From assembly GCA_001244265.2 (NCBI GenBank), contig CDLV01000005.1:372001-436000 (forward strand): 64,000 nucleotides of DNA. Reading direction: 5' to 3'. The position numbers and the translations under genes are program-made. This document shows positions 15,614 through 28,247 of this stretch, piece by piece. The stretch comes from Microbotryum violaceum. Lineage: Eukaryota. Numbering within the stretch: the stretch's first letter is position 1; each line of letters starts with the position of its first letter. The notes under the pieces were generated by a model that worked only from the letters and a program-made list of their open reading frames with translations, was not told where the DNA came from and did no database searches.

Positions 15614-16746
15614 AATTGAGAGAGAGTGGGCGGATGGGTTCGGTTGGGATATCTGTGTGTGAGCGATTCAAGAGCGTGAGCAGAGCGGCGGCGAGCACCT
15701 CGCACCATCAAACGGGGACGTGCGCGCCCGACGAGCGCAGACGAGCGCCCGCCTCAGCAGGCCTCAGACCGCCAAAGCCCGCCTCTGCAAAAAGGTTCGA
15801 GATCCTTGTTGAGCCGAGCCGTCGGATTCATTCGTTCTTGTCCCCGCGAGCTCCATTTTGGGTCAGATCATGGACGGGAGAGGTAAAAGCAAAGTGTTTT
15901 TTCTCACCGCACTAGTCACAGAGTCCCGTCTGAACAAACCCACAGAAGCGATTATTCTGGGCGCCGACCGCCGCTCATCGACCCGATCGCGATCGGTCAA
16001 ATCCGAGGATTAGGCGCTGTGCACGCACACCGCCTGATAAAATCACCGTGTCCCCCATCGAGCTACTCTCAGCACAGTCTTGCTCGCATGCAAGACTCTG
16101 TATTGACATCACCGCTTATTGCACCCAAGACAGCGAGGGTCGAAGCCGCTTTTCAGCCACAAGGGAAGAAAGAGAAAGTTCCAGTGTTCGAAGTGCGGAT
16201 GATTGAATGATCAGGCGGAGAAGCAAATGTACACAAGGTGTGCGGGGTTCGTGGGTGTAGGAGGAAGTCCGCAAGCAAGAAAGAAGGGGTGTCTGCGAAA
16301 AGAAAGGGAAGAGAAAAAGCATCGAGAGGGCATAGCTGAAATGAGATCTATGACGACTGCACCAGCCCCTTTCAAAGAGACGGGATAGTTTCTCTTCCAT
16401 GAGTCGACGGTAGGGTAGGGAGAAGAAAACAGAATGAAAGTGTCTGGGAAACGAAATACGATGACGACGCAATGACGGCAGCAGTGCAACTGGGACAGAA
16501 TAAACGAAGTGACGGGCGAGTTAAAGGGGGCCGGCGAGGTCGAAAGGGCACACAACGTGTCATGGTCCAAAGCGAAGAAAGCAAAAATCGTGGTGCAGGG
16601 GTAATCGATGCCGGAGATTGTCGGAGAGAGAGGATTGTTCTGAGTTTGCGAGTGGAAAGTGAGGATCATATATAGGCGTGGGGAAGGGAGTGAGATCGGC
16701 GAGGAGAGAGGTGCCGTTCCTGTTTTGAACGAGTCGATGAATTGAA

Positions 16747-19408
16747 TTACTGTGGAGAGATGATAAGGGTTAAATCAAGGTTCGTCGGGTAAGCAGTTTT
16801 GAGATCAGAGACTGACCATAACGATCGAGGGCTCGGTGATGGAAGCGCTGATGCTCTTGTGGGGAAGGACCGAAGCGCCGCTGTGAAATTTGTACGAACA
16901 GAATCAACAAGGAGAGCTCAACCTCATCATACGGAGTGCGTTCTTGACGACTTACTTGACCAAAAGCTCATCCTTGACGTTGACGTCATCACCGAGGACT
17001 GATGGGAGGATGACGAACGGAGAAGGTCAGACTCTTGCAGGTCGCGCTCACACACCAGGAAGCTCACCCAAGACTCACCGGTGCAGTTGTCAATGCGAGT
17101 CCATCGACCGCAAGTGCTGTTCCACCCGATGATGGACGATCGAATGAAGGCGTGCTCCTTGACGACCGCGTTCTGTGGAGGGACGAAATGTTTGCAAGAA
17201 CAAAGTGTGGAGATCAACTTTCTGTCCACGACTAGTCTCTGCGGATGATATCGAAAAAAAACGGACCTCCATGATGACACATCGTTGCAGCCTGGCGCCA
17301 GCGCCGATCACGCACCCAGGGCCGACGACAACGTTGGGTCCGATGACGGCGGTCGGGTCGATCTTGGCCGAAGGGTCGACGAGCACGTTGCCCGAGTTGA
17401 CCCACTTGTTTTCGGTCGGGTACGAGAGCAACTTGGACTTTTGCGAGGTCAGGTAGGTGAGGTACAAGCACATGCCGATCAGGTAGTCTGGGGAAGCGTG
17501 AATGTCAACGGATCAATCTACTTGAACAGGAGGTGGGGTGCAGAAGATCGCCGGGTCAAAAACTCACCCTTGGGCTGTCCAACATCCATCCAGAAGCCAG
17601 TGAGGTCCATCAAATGCAGTTGTGCGTCTTCGACCATCCGGGGGAAGATCTCGCTCTCGATTGAAGTAGGCTTGGGCTGTAACCACAGATAGAGGCGTCG
17701 AGATCGCAATTAGCGTGCAGTCGCGAGAGCCACGACCTCTCAAAAGCAACGAGATTGCTCACCTCGATTCGCTTGAGGATGGACGGGTTAAAAATATAGA
17801 TACCGGCATTGATGCGGTTGCCGACGTAATCCTTGGGCTTCTCGACGAAGCGGTCGATGCGGCTCGTCCCCGGGACCGAAAGCACGACACCGTATTTGGA
17901 CGGCTCCTCGACTTTGGTGACCATGATCGTACCTTCTCCACCGTGGGCGACGTGGAATGCGTGCAATCTGTCGCGATCGGCGGCGTAGGGTGGGAATTTG
18001 GTCAGTCTACGGAATGGATGACCCGGCGCGTTGAGACACTTTGAGAATGTAGAAGCGCGGACTCACTCCTTGAAGGGAAATTCGCAAGTGCAGTCAGAGT
18101 TCAAGACAAAGAATGGAGCGTCATCTTGGCCGAGGATTTGGCTCGCGAGCGCGAGAGGTCCAGCTGATAGACAGCCACGTAAAGACGGTCAGCGCAGCGC
18201 TCGATTTGCCGTCACGTGAAGGGGACGCGTTGCAGAATGGGTTCGACTGACCTGTTCCGAGGGGCTCGGTCTCGACCGAAAAGGTGATCTTGATGCCGTA
18301 CTGCTCCTCGCACTTGCTCAACAAGGCGACCATGACTTCGGGGCGGCTGTGCGATGGTGAACGCGAACGGGTGCAAAAGGTGGTCAGCTAAGTGCGCTGC
18401 GAGCATGAATGCTGGAACACGTCGACGGAAAGAGGACTTGCTAGTTGACCTGTGAGCAGAGCGGAAATTGAGATGGACAGAGGGTCAGAATAAAGGCAGA
18501 GCGGAGTCAAAGCGTGGAAACTCGAATAAACTGACGGCGAGAACGATGTGCTTGACTCCGCATGCGACCAAGGCCTCGATTTGGTGCAAGATCATCGGCT
18601 AACGGAACAGAATGCGCCCGATCGCGGTAGTTAGTGTCCGATCTCCTCGGGAGTCGCGCTCAAGTGGGTGAGCCTTACCTTGTTGGCCTGTTTGGCATCG
18701 AGGGAATCGACAGAGCTTGGGTGTTAGTTCAGACAACTTGAACTTGTGCTCAGGACGCGCTTTGTACTTACGAACTCGACCAAAGGCTTGGGGAGCGTCA
18801 ACGTCAAGGGGCGCAAGCGCGTACCGAAACCTGCTCATCGGACACGCATCGAGGCACGACAGAGCAGATTAGCTTCCTTCGGGTGATTCCCAAAAAAGCA
18901 AGGGGTGATGTTGAATGTCGTGACCCAAAGAACACGCGCTGGGATGCGTGTGTGACGCGTTTACACCGATCGTGTTCTCTCGTCGTGCGTGGCCCGACGC
19001 GTTACCTCGATGCGATGCGTAACTCAACCAACCACCCACACCCCACCAGCGCAGTGCGAGCAGCCGGCCGGGGCGAGGCCAGCCAGCCCGTCGCAAGCGA
19101 GTGGGTACCAGCGGCGCGCATTCCGCGGCCCAGCGTTGGCGGAGAGCATAGGCGGTTGGCGGGCACACCCAGTCGATCGAGCTGGTGGTGGAGACCTCCA
19201 AATTGATGCGTTCATTCGAAAGTGTGTAGGTTGGACGTCTTTCACGTCCTCTTGAGATTGGTGGTCGAGTCGGGTCTGCGTGGCTGAACCAGATCGCGCG
19301 CCGCGACGACGACAACGCCCTTGACCGCCGCCGGCCCTAGAGCGAGAACACGCGCGAAACGACAGACTCACCGCCGACGAGAATGAGAGCTTTCAAAGAT
19401 CCAGACAT
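16747..19408 (-). CDS. PSA1: Mannose-1-phosphate guanylyltransferase (GDP-mannose pyrophosphorylase), many exons
   Basis: Spliced [77 protein letters not shown] and a C-terminal left-handed beta-helix ending [18 protein letters not shown]. Confidence 0.96.
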
Positions 19409-20682
19409 GGTAAGATGTTCGGAGAGTGGTGTGGGAGGATAGTCCGTGAGAAAGGGAAAAAGTGTGTCCAAGACGGGTGGAGAGGGTCAAAGAGAAGTGA
19501 GAGAGAGGACAAGGAAGAGAGCCCGGCGCGCGGAGCTTGCTCTCGACCAATTGCGACCAACACCAAATAAGACCAAGTCCCCGAGTGCCTTGATCATTTC
19601 CGATCCCACAGCCCTTGTCTGCCTAAATTACTTCACTCTGCCCGACTCGATACCCAAAAGTGATGATCTCAATCCGCTGGACAAAATGCTCGATGTAATG
19701 CAATTCAGCAGATTTTCCTCTCCCCCCGCAAATCGGACAAATCGGACATAGCCCGTCAGCCGTTGCAAGCGGCGCAAACTCCAAATAAGGCTCGCCCATC
19801 GAGTCGCGCCGCGGCGGGCGTGGAAAGGAGTCAATTTTCCGTTGAGGGTCTCAGTAGTCGCCCACGATGGAACGTCATTCAACAGAGCTCCAACCCATGC
19901 TCAAAGAACTCCAACACGTGTCCCTGAACGAACCGCCAGTGCAGAAGAAACCCGGTCTCCACCAGGACCTGCCAACACACGTTTTCCAAACCCCGTTGGA
20001 GATATCTGGTTGAACCCGTAGGCAAGCCATTATTGAGATTACCCCGCCTGCAGCAAGGCGCGTGGGGTGCGCCGTTTGCGAAAATTAGAATTCGGGGTGA
20101 CCAACCCTCGATCGCCGGTGGAACTCGCGCGAACGTGACAACCCTAAACCCGACGGTCGATCCACTCAACACAATCTGGCGGCCCGCACAAGCGCCCTAT
20201 GTAGCGGGTATGGCCACGGGTTATCCGACTCAGGAGCCTCGTTCCTAGATGCAATCCTTTGCCGCTCGGTCGTAGCCCCTTGACATGCATCCATTCTATG
20301 GAGTACACAACTTGCCAGATCTTAATGAGGCACTTGTAATAGCCCTACTTCGAGAATGATGTCAATTCGGCCACCTGCTGCGGTCTTTCGCATGGAGGCA
20401 AGGGGAATGTCTCCAGTCGCTGAGCCATGTTTCAAACATTGACGGCGCCGTCGGCGCTCCCCGACCGCGATCTCAAGCGCTGAAATCTGAGAACAGGTGT
20501 CATCGATGATGACGAGAAACCCACGATTGATGATCTCCACAAGATCTGGCGAAGCCTGCCAAGCCCAACTCCTGTCTCTTCGAAATTTTATCCGAGGATC
20601 ACACTCAGACCCATTACAGGACGTGGTACGGATTTTCAAAGGGATATCACTCGGACAGAACGCTACGCTGGCAAGGTACATA

Positions 20683-22066
20683 TCAAGCTAACAGCCGACT
20701 CCTTTCCGTACTGCCACCACCGGCAGAATTGGGTATGAGATCTTCTCTATCGGGGTCATCGATATCGTTTGTATCACTCGAGCTCGCCTCCAAGAGAGAT
20801 TGTGACGAATGTCGGTACCAGACGTAGTGCTGCAGGAGGAAGAGAATGTCGAATCCGATCGAGAGGAAACTCAAGCCCCTGGATCGAGACGAGAGCGATT
20901 GCTGTGAGCAAAGTGACGCTGGCCGAAGAGATACGAGTGAAACGCACAGTTTTCCAGGATTACCAGTGATGGCTCGCCAATCCGATTCGAGCCACGAGTC
21001 GAGCACGAGTTGGGTTCTGGTACGCACGGAAAACATTTGCAGGCGGTGTCAGCCAACACTGCGATATACTTGCGCCCACGTCCAGACAGCTTACAAAGAC
21101 AAGAATCCCCCAGTAAAATCAAGTAGAATGTTCTCAATCGACCATCCGACCGTCGACTTGCGTTTGTAATTCAGATACGCCTGGAGATGCGAGTCAGTAG
21201 AAAGAGATTTTCGGTCGAGACGAAATCTGAGGGTCAGCGTTTCGGCACAAGTCAGAAGAGCAAGATTTGGAGGCCGTACCTGAGGGATGTATTTGGCAGT
21301 ACTTATATACAGTTTGATGTAGGAAAGGAAGTAAAGTAGGTCGAGCCAAGCGAACGAGGAGGTTGTCGTGGCCGCGAAGAGACCAACGACCAGGATCGAG
21401 CTTAGAGCGAGCCCGATGAAGGCTCGGTTGTAGGTCGAGATGGTTTGAGTCATCGTTTTCTGGAGGAACAAGGTTGTATTTTTCAGCTCAGCTGCGGTGC
21501 AAAGGCATGCCTCAAGCTGGCCGTACTCTATAAATGATAGCCTGCAACAAAGTCGCCGAGGAAATGACGAGCGCGTGGACCGCGAAGGCGACATCGTTCG
21601 GTCTGATCAACGGCTTGTGCCCATCATGGCGTCGCCGGTATTGATCCCGGACAGTCTTGGAGGAGAAGAGAACGATGTTGTAGGTCGCGTACGAGGCGAA
21701 ACCCAGTGGGTTTAAAGCGAGGAAGTCGACCGAAAGCCCTTGAATGCTGCGCCGCTTGAGGTTGAGGAGGAATTGAGGGTAAAAGGATGCGGACCAGGCG
21801 AAGGTGTACACCCACCCTAACGTGCTGCGCGATACGACGAATGTGGGCTTCAGCTCAGGCGTGCAGGCGAAGTTGCAGCTTGGTGCGGTTAGCGATGGCG
21901 GCACCGTGGGCCCCACCCCGGAAGGCGTGATTCAGGGGCGCCCACAGCAGGAGCGATGCAGGTGCGCAGGAGCGAGAGCGTATGTGGGGGTATACGGACG
22001 GCCCACATAACGCAAAACATTCGGGACTGACTGTGATAACGCTACGAAGAAGCCTATCCGAACCAT
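20683..22066 (-). CDS. Cystinosin/Ers1-like PQ-loop vacuolar cystine transporter
   Basis: LGWVYTFAWSASFYPQFLLNLKRRSIQGLSVDF and [33 protein letters not shown]. The start was inferred from a short first exon MVRIGFFVALS. Confidence 0.9.
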
Positions 22067-22452
22067 CTTGTGATGGCACGTTGCAGAGGAGAGAAAGAGA
22101 GCGAGCGAGCTGCGTGTATGCGTTAAGCCGGTTCCATTCGATTAGGTTTACCCGGAGACGTTGATTAGTAATCCACTTTGGCGCTCCGCACGCGCGCGAA
22201 CGAGCCGGGTTGCGAAGCTGGATTGCAGCTGGACTTTGTCGACGAGAGCTGAGCGACTGAGCTGAGCTGAGCGCTGAACCACCGCCGTCGAGCTCAGGTC
22301 TTGCAACTTCCTAGCGCGATTTGAACCAATAATCCCCATTCGCATCACCCACAAACTTCGAGGTTCTTCCCTGCCAACGTACTCCCGCGCTACACTTGCA
22401 AAGCGGCGCCGATTCCAGCTCAGCTCGCGGTCGCGGTCGTCGGATCCAAGTC

Positions 22453-25125
22453 ATGGTCGTCTCGCTCGCTTCGGCTGGCGGTGCCGCACGCGTGTACTGC
22501 ATCAACGGCAGTGGAAACAACAGCAAGAACGCAGCCGCATGGTTGGAGGCCAAGATCGGAAAGCAGAATGCTGGAAAACGGAGGAAGCAAGGCGGTCAAG
22601 GTGGGACCGGTGGCGAAGGCGAGATCCGATTGATCCAGGTGAGCAGGCAGTGGTCAACTGTGTAGTCCATCCGACGTGTAATGACTCACACACCCACAAT
22701 TTATATTTATACTGCAGGACTTTGAATTCCCCGAGGCGTCCAACAAGATCAAGACGACGAGCGACGGCCAATACGTCGTCGCGACGGGCACCTACAAACC
22801 CCGGATGAAGGTCTTTGACCTGCAGGAACTGTCGCTCAAGACCGAACGAGTCACCGACAGCGAGAATGTCGACTTTTGCGTGGGTTCTACACTGGATGTT
22901 CTCTCAATCAAGCCTCGTCCGAAGCTAATGACTGTCTCTTGGACCCGCAGATCCTTTCCTCGGACTGGACCAAAACCCTTCACCTCCAAGCCGACCGATC
23001 CTTGGACTTACACACCCAAGCCTCGTCCCACTACCGCGTACGCATGCCCAAACACGGTCGAGCTGTCGCCTATCATTTCCCCTCTTGCGACGCCTTGGTC
23101 GGCGGACAAGGGAACCAGGTCTGGCGTTTGAACCTCGAAGTTGGACGCTTCATGAAGCCGTACGGTTTGGAAGGGTGTACCTCCGAGCTCGACGGTGGCG
23201 AAGGGGGGGTGTCGGGAGACGGGTTGGACACCGTTCTCGGCGTTAATGCGATCGACATCAACCCTGCGCACCAGTTGCTCTCGTTCGGAACCGAGACCGA
23301 GTTGGGGCGAGGCACGGTTGAGATGTGGGATCCTCGATCGAGGGCACGTGCGGGGATCCTGCGCTTGCCGTATGCGAAATTGATGGCCGCCTCGGGATCG
23401 AGCGCCGCACTGTTACAACCTGCGTTACCTGGGGTCGACGATCCGAGCACGGGTGGGAGACGAGGTGTCGCCGTTACGGCCTTGTCAAGCAAATCTGATG
23501 GACTCAATCTCGCCGTTGGGACGTCGACGGGTCACATCTTGTTGTACGATCTTCGAGCGCAACGAGAATACACGATGAAAGACCAAGGCTACGGATTGCC
23601 GATAAAAAAGGCACAGTGGGTCGACGAGGGTGTTGGACGAGGCAACGCCGAAGGAGGCTACGTCGCTTCGGTCGATGAAAAAGTCGTCAAGATCTGGGGT
23701 CGCGAAACGGGAACGAACTTGATTTCGATCAATCCCCCTGTGCCCATCAACGACATGCACGTCTACCCTTCCAGTGGTCTCGTCTTCCTCGCGAACGAAA
23801 CCAGTCCCATGACGGGCTACTACATCCCTCAATTGGGTCCCGCACCCAAGTGGTGCCGCTTCTTGGACAACATGACCGAGGAGATGGAGCAGGACCAAGA
23901 GGCGCTCCTCTACGATGACTACAAGTTCGTCGATCGACAAGAACTTGACGCGCTCAACCTCTCCCATCTCATCGGTTCGAACCAACTCAAACCTTATATG
24001 CACGGTTACTTCCTCGACTTGCGTCTCTACACCAAAGCCAAAGCGATCGCGAACCCGTTCGCTTACGCCGAGCATCGCGATCGACTCGTTCGGGAACGAC
24101 TCGAGCAAGAACAAGAATCGCGTATTCGTGGGGCCAAGAAGGTTTCGGGTGCCAACGGTGGTGCTGGTGCCTTGCCCTCTAGCGTCAAGGTCAACAAGGC
24201 TTTGGCCAAGAAGGCGCAAGAGGCGGAGAGGAAACGCGAGCCCATCGCGGAGGGTGAGGACATCGAGATGGAAGATGGTGAGAGGAGGAAGAAGAAAAAG
24301 AAGAAAGTTCAGGCTGAGACGCCGAGTCTGCTCAAGGACGATCGATTCGGCGATCTCTTTGTCAACCCAGACTTTGAGATTGACGAGCAATCGCGCGAGT
24401 TCGCTTTGCTTAACCCTTCGACCAAGCCTACGGTGCGAAGACAGGAGGATGACGAAGACGAGGACAGCGATGATGATGATGAGGAAGAGGATGACGATGA
24501 GGACAAAGGTGAGGATGGCGATTCCGACAGCAGTGATGAAGGTAATCTTGGATTCGACGCCCCGCGCAGAGGAGCCAAAGCTCTCCCCACCTCGCGGGTC
24601 TCGACCAAGGACATCCAACCCGTACGGAGAGGGATGCCCGAGACGCAATCGAAACCCTCCCTCGTCGTGGCCGATGAGTCCGACGACGAAACCCCCTCCG
24701 GATCGACTCGATCGGGTCCCCAAACCTTGTCGTCCCATCAGGCCAAGCAATCCCGGACGTTCGGCCAGCGCGCCCGGGAAGAACTCTCCTCCAAGGCCAC
24801 TGGTAAAGGACGCGAGGTCGCTACGTCTCGCGACGACTCGTTCGAGGTCATTCGTTCCGCCCCGGGTGGCGGTATGGAGATGTCCTTCATCCCTCATGCC
24901 AAGACCAAGGAGGAGCAACTGATCGAGAAGAAGGAGAAGAAGCACAAGATCGAGAAGGAGCGCAAGGCTAAGGCTTCGTTCGGTATGGGGATGGAGACGA
25001 GTTCGGGGCCCGAGAGGATCCAGGAGGAATTGGAGGGCGAGCAGGAGAGTGGAAGAACACGGATGCGAAAACCGATGCGGTCGGCGAGCAAGGGCAAGAT
25101 TCGGTCCGTGGAAGGCAGGTCATGA
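22453..25125 (+). CDS. ENP2: Ribosome biogenesis protein Enp2/NOL10 (WD40 plus NUC153 region)
   Basis: IRLIQDFEFPEASNKIKTT, ATGTYKP, YYIPQLGPAPKWCRFLDNMTEEME, LKPYMHGYF and DDRFGDLFVNPDFEIDE. It has two introns near the 5' end. Confidence 0.95.
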
Positions 25126-25254
25126 GTCGGCGGGTAGAGCCTTCGTTGTGTCATCTTTGTTCTTTTGCATTTCCCAGTTACGTTGTCCCGGTCTCCTGCA
25201 TTGGTCCGATATTATGAACAGAGACACAGCAGCTACATTAGACTTCCAGAGAGA

Positions 25255-27280
25255 TCAAGCTTGCTTGGCCTTGTCCTCCATCGCCTTGGCTGCCTGAGCA
25301 CACAGCGCAGCGCCAACACCACTGCCATCCTTGGCGAGATCGATCACCACGCGCCTCTCTACGTCCTCGCCGAGCAACTCCTTCAGTGCTTGCCTCACAC
25401 GTTGCTCGAACCTCGGGTAGAACTCGACCAGCGACCCATCCAGCCCGAACCTCGCCTTCTCCGAATTGCTCGACTGATCGTACCCCGTCTGCTTGACGAC
25501 AGCGGCGATCGCACAAGCCGATAACCTCGCTCCCCTCGTCCCGACAATTTCCGACACTCGAGCTACTGCAATGCAGTCGGCGTCGCTGACGAGCGAATTC
25601 TCCATCCCGAGGTCTTTGGTCAGACATTGACGAATTGTGCCGAGCGTGTCCTTGGCTGCGTCGCCGCCGAGTGACGGTGCTTCCAGTGCCGACATGATGG
25701 CGGTGTCGAGACCGTAATGGGCGTTGAGATTCTTGGAAGAGTAGCCGTTGAAGATGACCTGCGAGTCCACGAGATGCAGAACGACGTTGCGGGTGACCTC
25801 GCCGAGGTCTGTGGAGTGAATGAAACAAGTTTATGGTGAGCGACGAGATCAAACCCACCAAAAATCACTTCTATCGCGCTGCTTACACATCCCCGAAATC
25901 ATCTGGAGCAAAAGAAGAATTTCACTATCAGCTGCCGTAAGCATCTGTCGTAGTATCGAGCTTGCATTTACCTTCTCAAAGGCCTGTTTCCGCGGGTTGA
26001 TCGAGATGCGGTCCACTCGGCTATCAAAGACCGTAAATGGCATGACGATACGCTGTTGCAATGAGGAGATGGAAACGGTCAGTCGACTAGCCGCGTTTCT
26101 CGACTCGCCATAATCCAGCGCACCTCGTTGTCAAAAGCTCCCCCTACAGAAAAGAGAGAGAGACGAGATGGAGTAAAAGTTAGCTGCCATCGCTCCGAGC
26201 TGGTCAATCTTCACCAGCTTTAGCCTGCTCACATTCGGTGTTGACGACCATCTTGTGCAGGCCCGTCTTTTTAGCGTCGTCGATGTCCTTTTTACTGTGC
26301 TTCATCTTTGTGATCTTCTCCATCTCCTCGACATAGGCGCCGTTGGTTCCCGTACCAAAGATAGCCCCACAGAGACAATCACCCCTCTCGTAAGCTGCGG
26401 CCATGAGTGTGCCGCAGGTATCGTTGACGAGCGCGGATACCCTAACGTGAATGTGCTTGCGATCGAGGGCATCTTGCAGCAGTTGAGCGACGTCCTTGCC
26501 GACGGCGTTCTTGCATTCGAATCCCTGTCCAAAACCGGGTAGGTGATCGCTTCAACTCCCGGCTTCAACTTTATACTTGCAGCGCGAACAGAATGCTGCC
26601 TACCTTGGTCCAGTTGATGAGTGTCCCCTTGGCGAGAGCTGTCTGAGCAACAGGGAAACTAAAGGTGAACCCCAAGTAGAGCTTCTCGTCCTGGGCTCCA
26701 CTCGTGCCAATCTCGGTCAAGAATTGATCGACACTGGTCGCGATGTAATCGAACAAATGCGTGACCTCGCCCGTCTTGAGCGCGTCCGAGACCTTGTACT
26801 TTTGTTGGCGCATCGTCCATCTGGAATCACCGAGGAGGTTGACCTCGCATACGCGCAGGTTGGTGCCGCCGAGGTCGAGCGCGAGGAAAGTACCCTGCTC
26901 TTTGCCCGAGGGAATTGACTGGATATAGGACGGGATCATGGGCCTGTGGTACATCGCGCGTGACTGTCAGCTCTGTCTACCCCTAAGCGTGTTCCGGAAG
27001 AGCTGCTCGGAATTAGCGAGAAGCCAGCCCCTCCAAAGAGGAGAGGCCCTCTCACGCCCTGTCTGGCGCAGAGTGGGACCCACATGAACGTATCCTTGTT
27101 CTCGGCGGTTGCGAACTGGGTCAGCCCCTGTTCGAACTCCCACAACATCTGCTTGACGATCTCCTGGAGTTTGTCGGTTGGGAGGTCGAACTGTTGCTCG
27201 AGTTCTGCCAGGGCGTGTTGGTGCTTTTCGGGTAGATCTCCGGCATCTTGCGGGAGGGGGAGTAGGTACGACGGCGACAT
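25255..27280 (-). CDS. Hexokinase, multi-exon
   Basis: FLALDLGGTNLRVC, LGFTFSFPV, LINWTK, IFGTGTNGAY, QAFEKMISGM and DGSGVGAAL. Confidence 0.96.
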
Positions 27281-28247
27281 GGTGGGGGAGAGAGGGAGGG
27301 AGGGGATCTGGGGATAGGAATCGAGATTAGGTTCAGAGTATGGTCCCAGGTTGTGTCCGAGTGGGTCGGAGGGTAGTCTGCGCCCAAGTCTCGGACAGAT
27401 GTGCTTCACGGTGCTCTACGGTGGGTCACGCTCACCCGCTCGCTTCAACTGGTGCTGCCCGACCCCAGCTGCAACCCGTACGCGGGCTCAGATTGCGAGG
27501 CGGATAGCCCGAGCAGCAGCTACGACACGCACCTGAATTGACGCAACCCTTGTGGCACACAGAGTGAGTGAGTGTGTGATGTGGTGAGTGGGTTGACAGC
27601 GCCGAGGCGTGGGAGCGGGAGTCGCAAGGGTTGAGTAGATCGACAACCGCGTCGGATCTCGATGACGCTATCCAGCGGTGGTGGTCTTTGACCGAGTTGC
27701 GCGGCGCCGGCGAGGGGGCGGCGACGACCGACGACGGCGATGACGGCGAGTCGCAGACGAAGTTTTCGATCGAGAGAAAGAAAGCAGAGGCGGGCACTGG
27801 AACAAACCAAATCAAGCAAGAGCAACCACCTGGTAACAGCTCAAAAGTACCAAGTTCAGCGAGCCCAAACAGATGAATCGGAGAGAGAGAAAAAGCGACG
27901 ACGAGCCGAAGTTCACCTTGAGAGCGGCGGCCCCAGTGTTCGACCCCTAAAAGTGCGCCGATGCGGAGAGAGGAGAGGGTGGTATTGCCTCCTGAATTAC
28001 GCCTTGGTGCATCTTGAACAGCATCACACTTATTCTCACGGCTACGTGCGGCGATCTTGCCCCCATCTGCGTGTCATTCTGCTTCTGTGGAACCGAGCAC
28101 TTCGCTCGAGAGTTTTTTCCCGACAAAGCTCTGGGCAGCCTCCCGTCCTTTCTTGCACAGGTGAGAAAAGCTTTCGTTTCCATAAGTAGAACAACATTTT
28201 GTCTGAAATAACTAAATTCCTATCACCTTATCATCCCTATCGCTCGT

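Noticed and set aside
20139-20151. CAACCCTAAACCC, a telomere-template-like motif in intergenic DNA
   Set aside because: It is a single short match expected by chance, and I recognised no other telomerase RNA elements.
23485-24945. 486-aa antisense ORF and 335-aa alternate-frame ORF within ENP2
   Set aside because: Shadow ORFs caused by GC-rich codon bias; no motifs.
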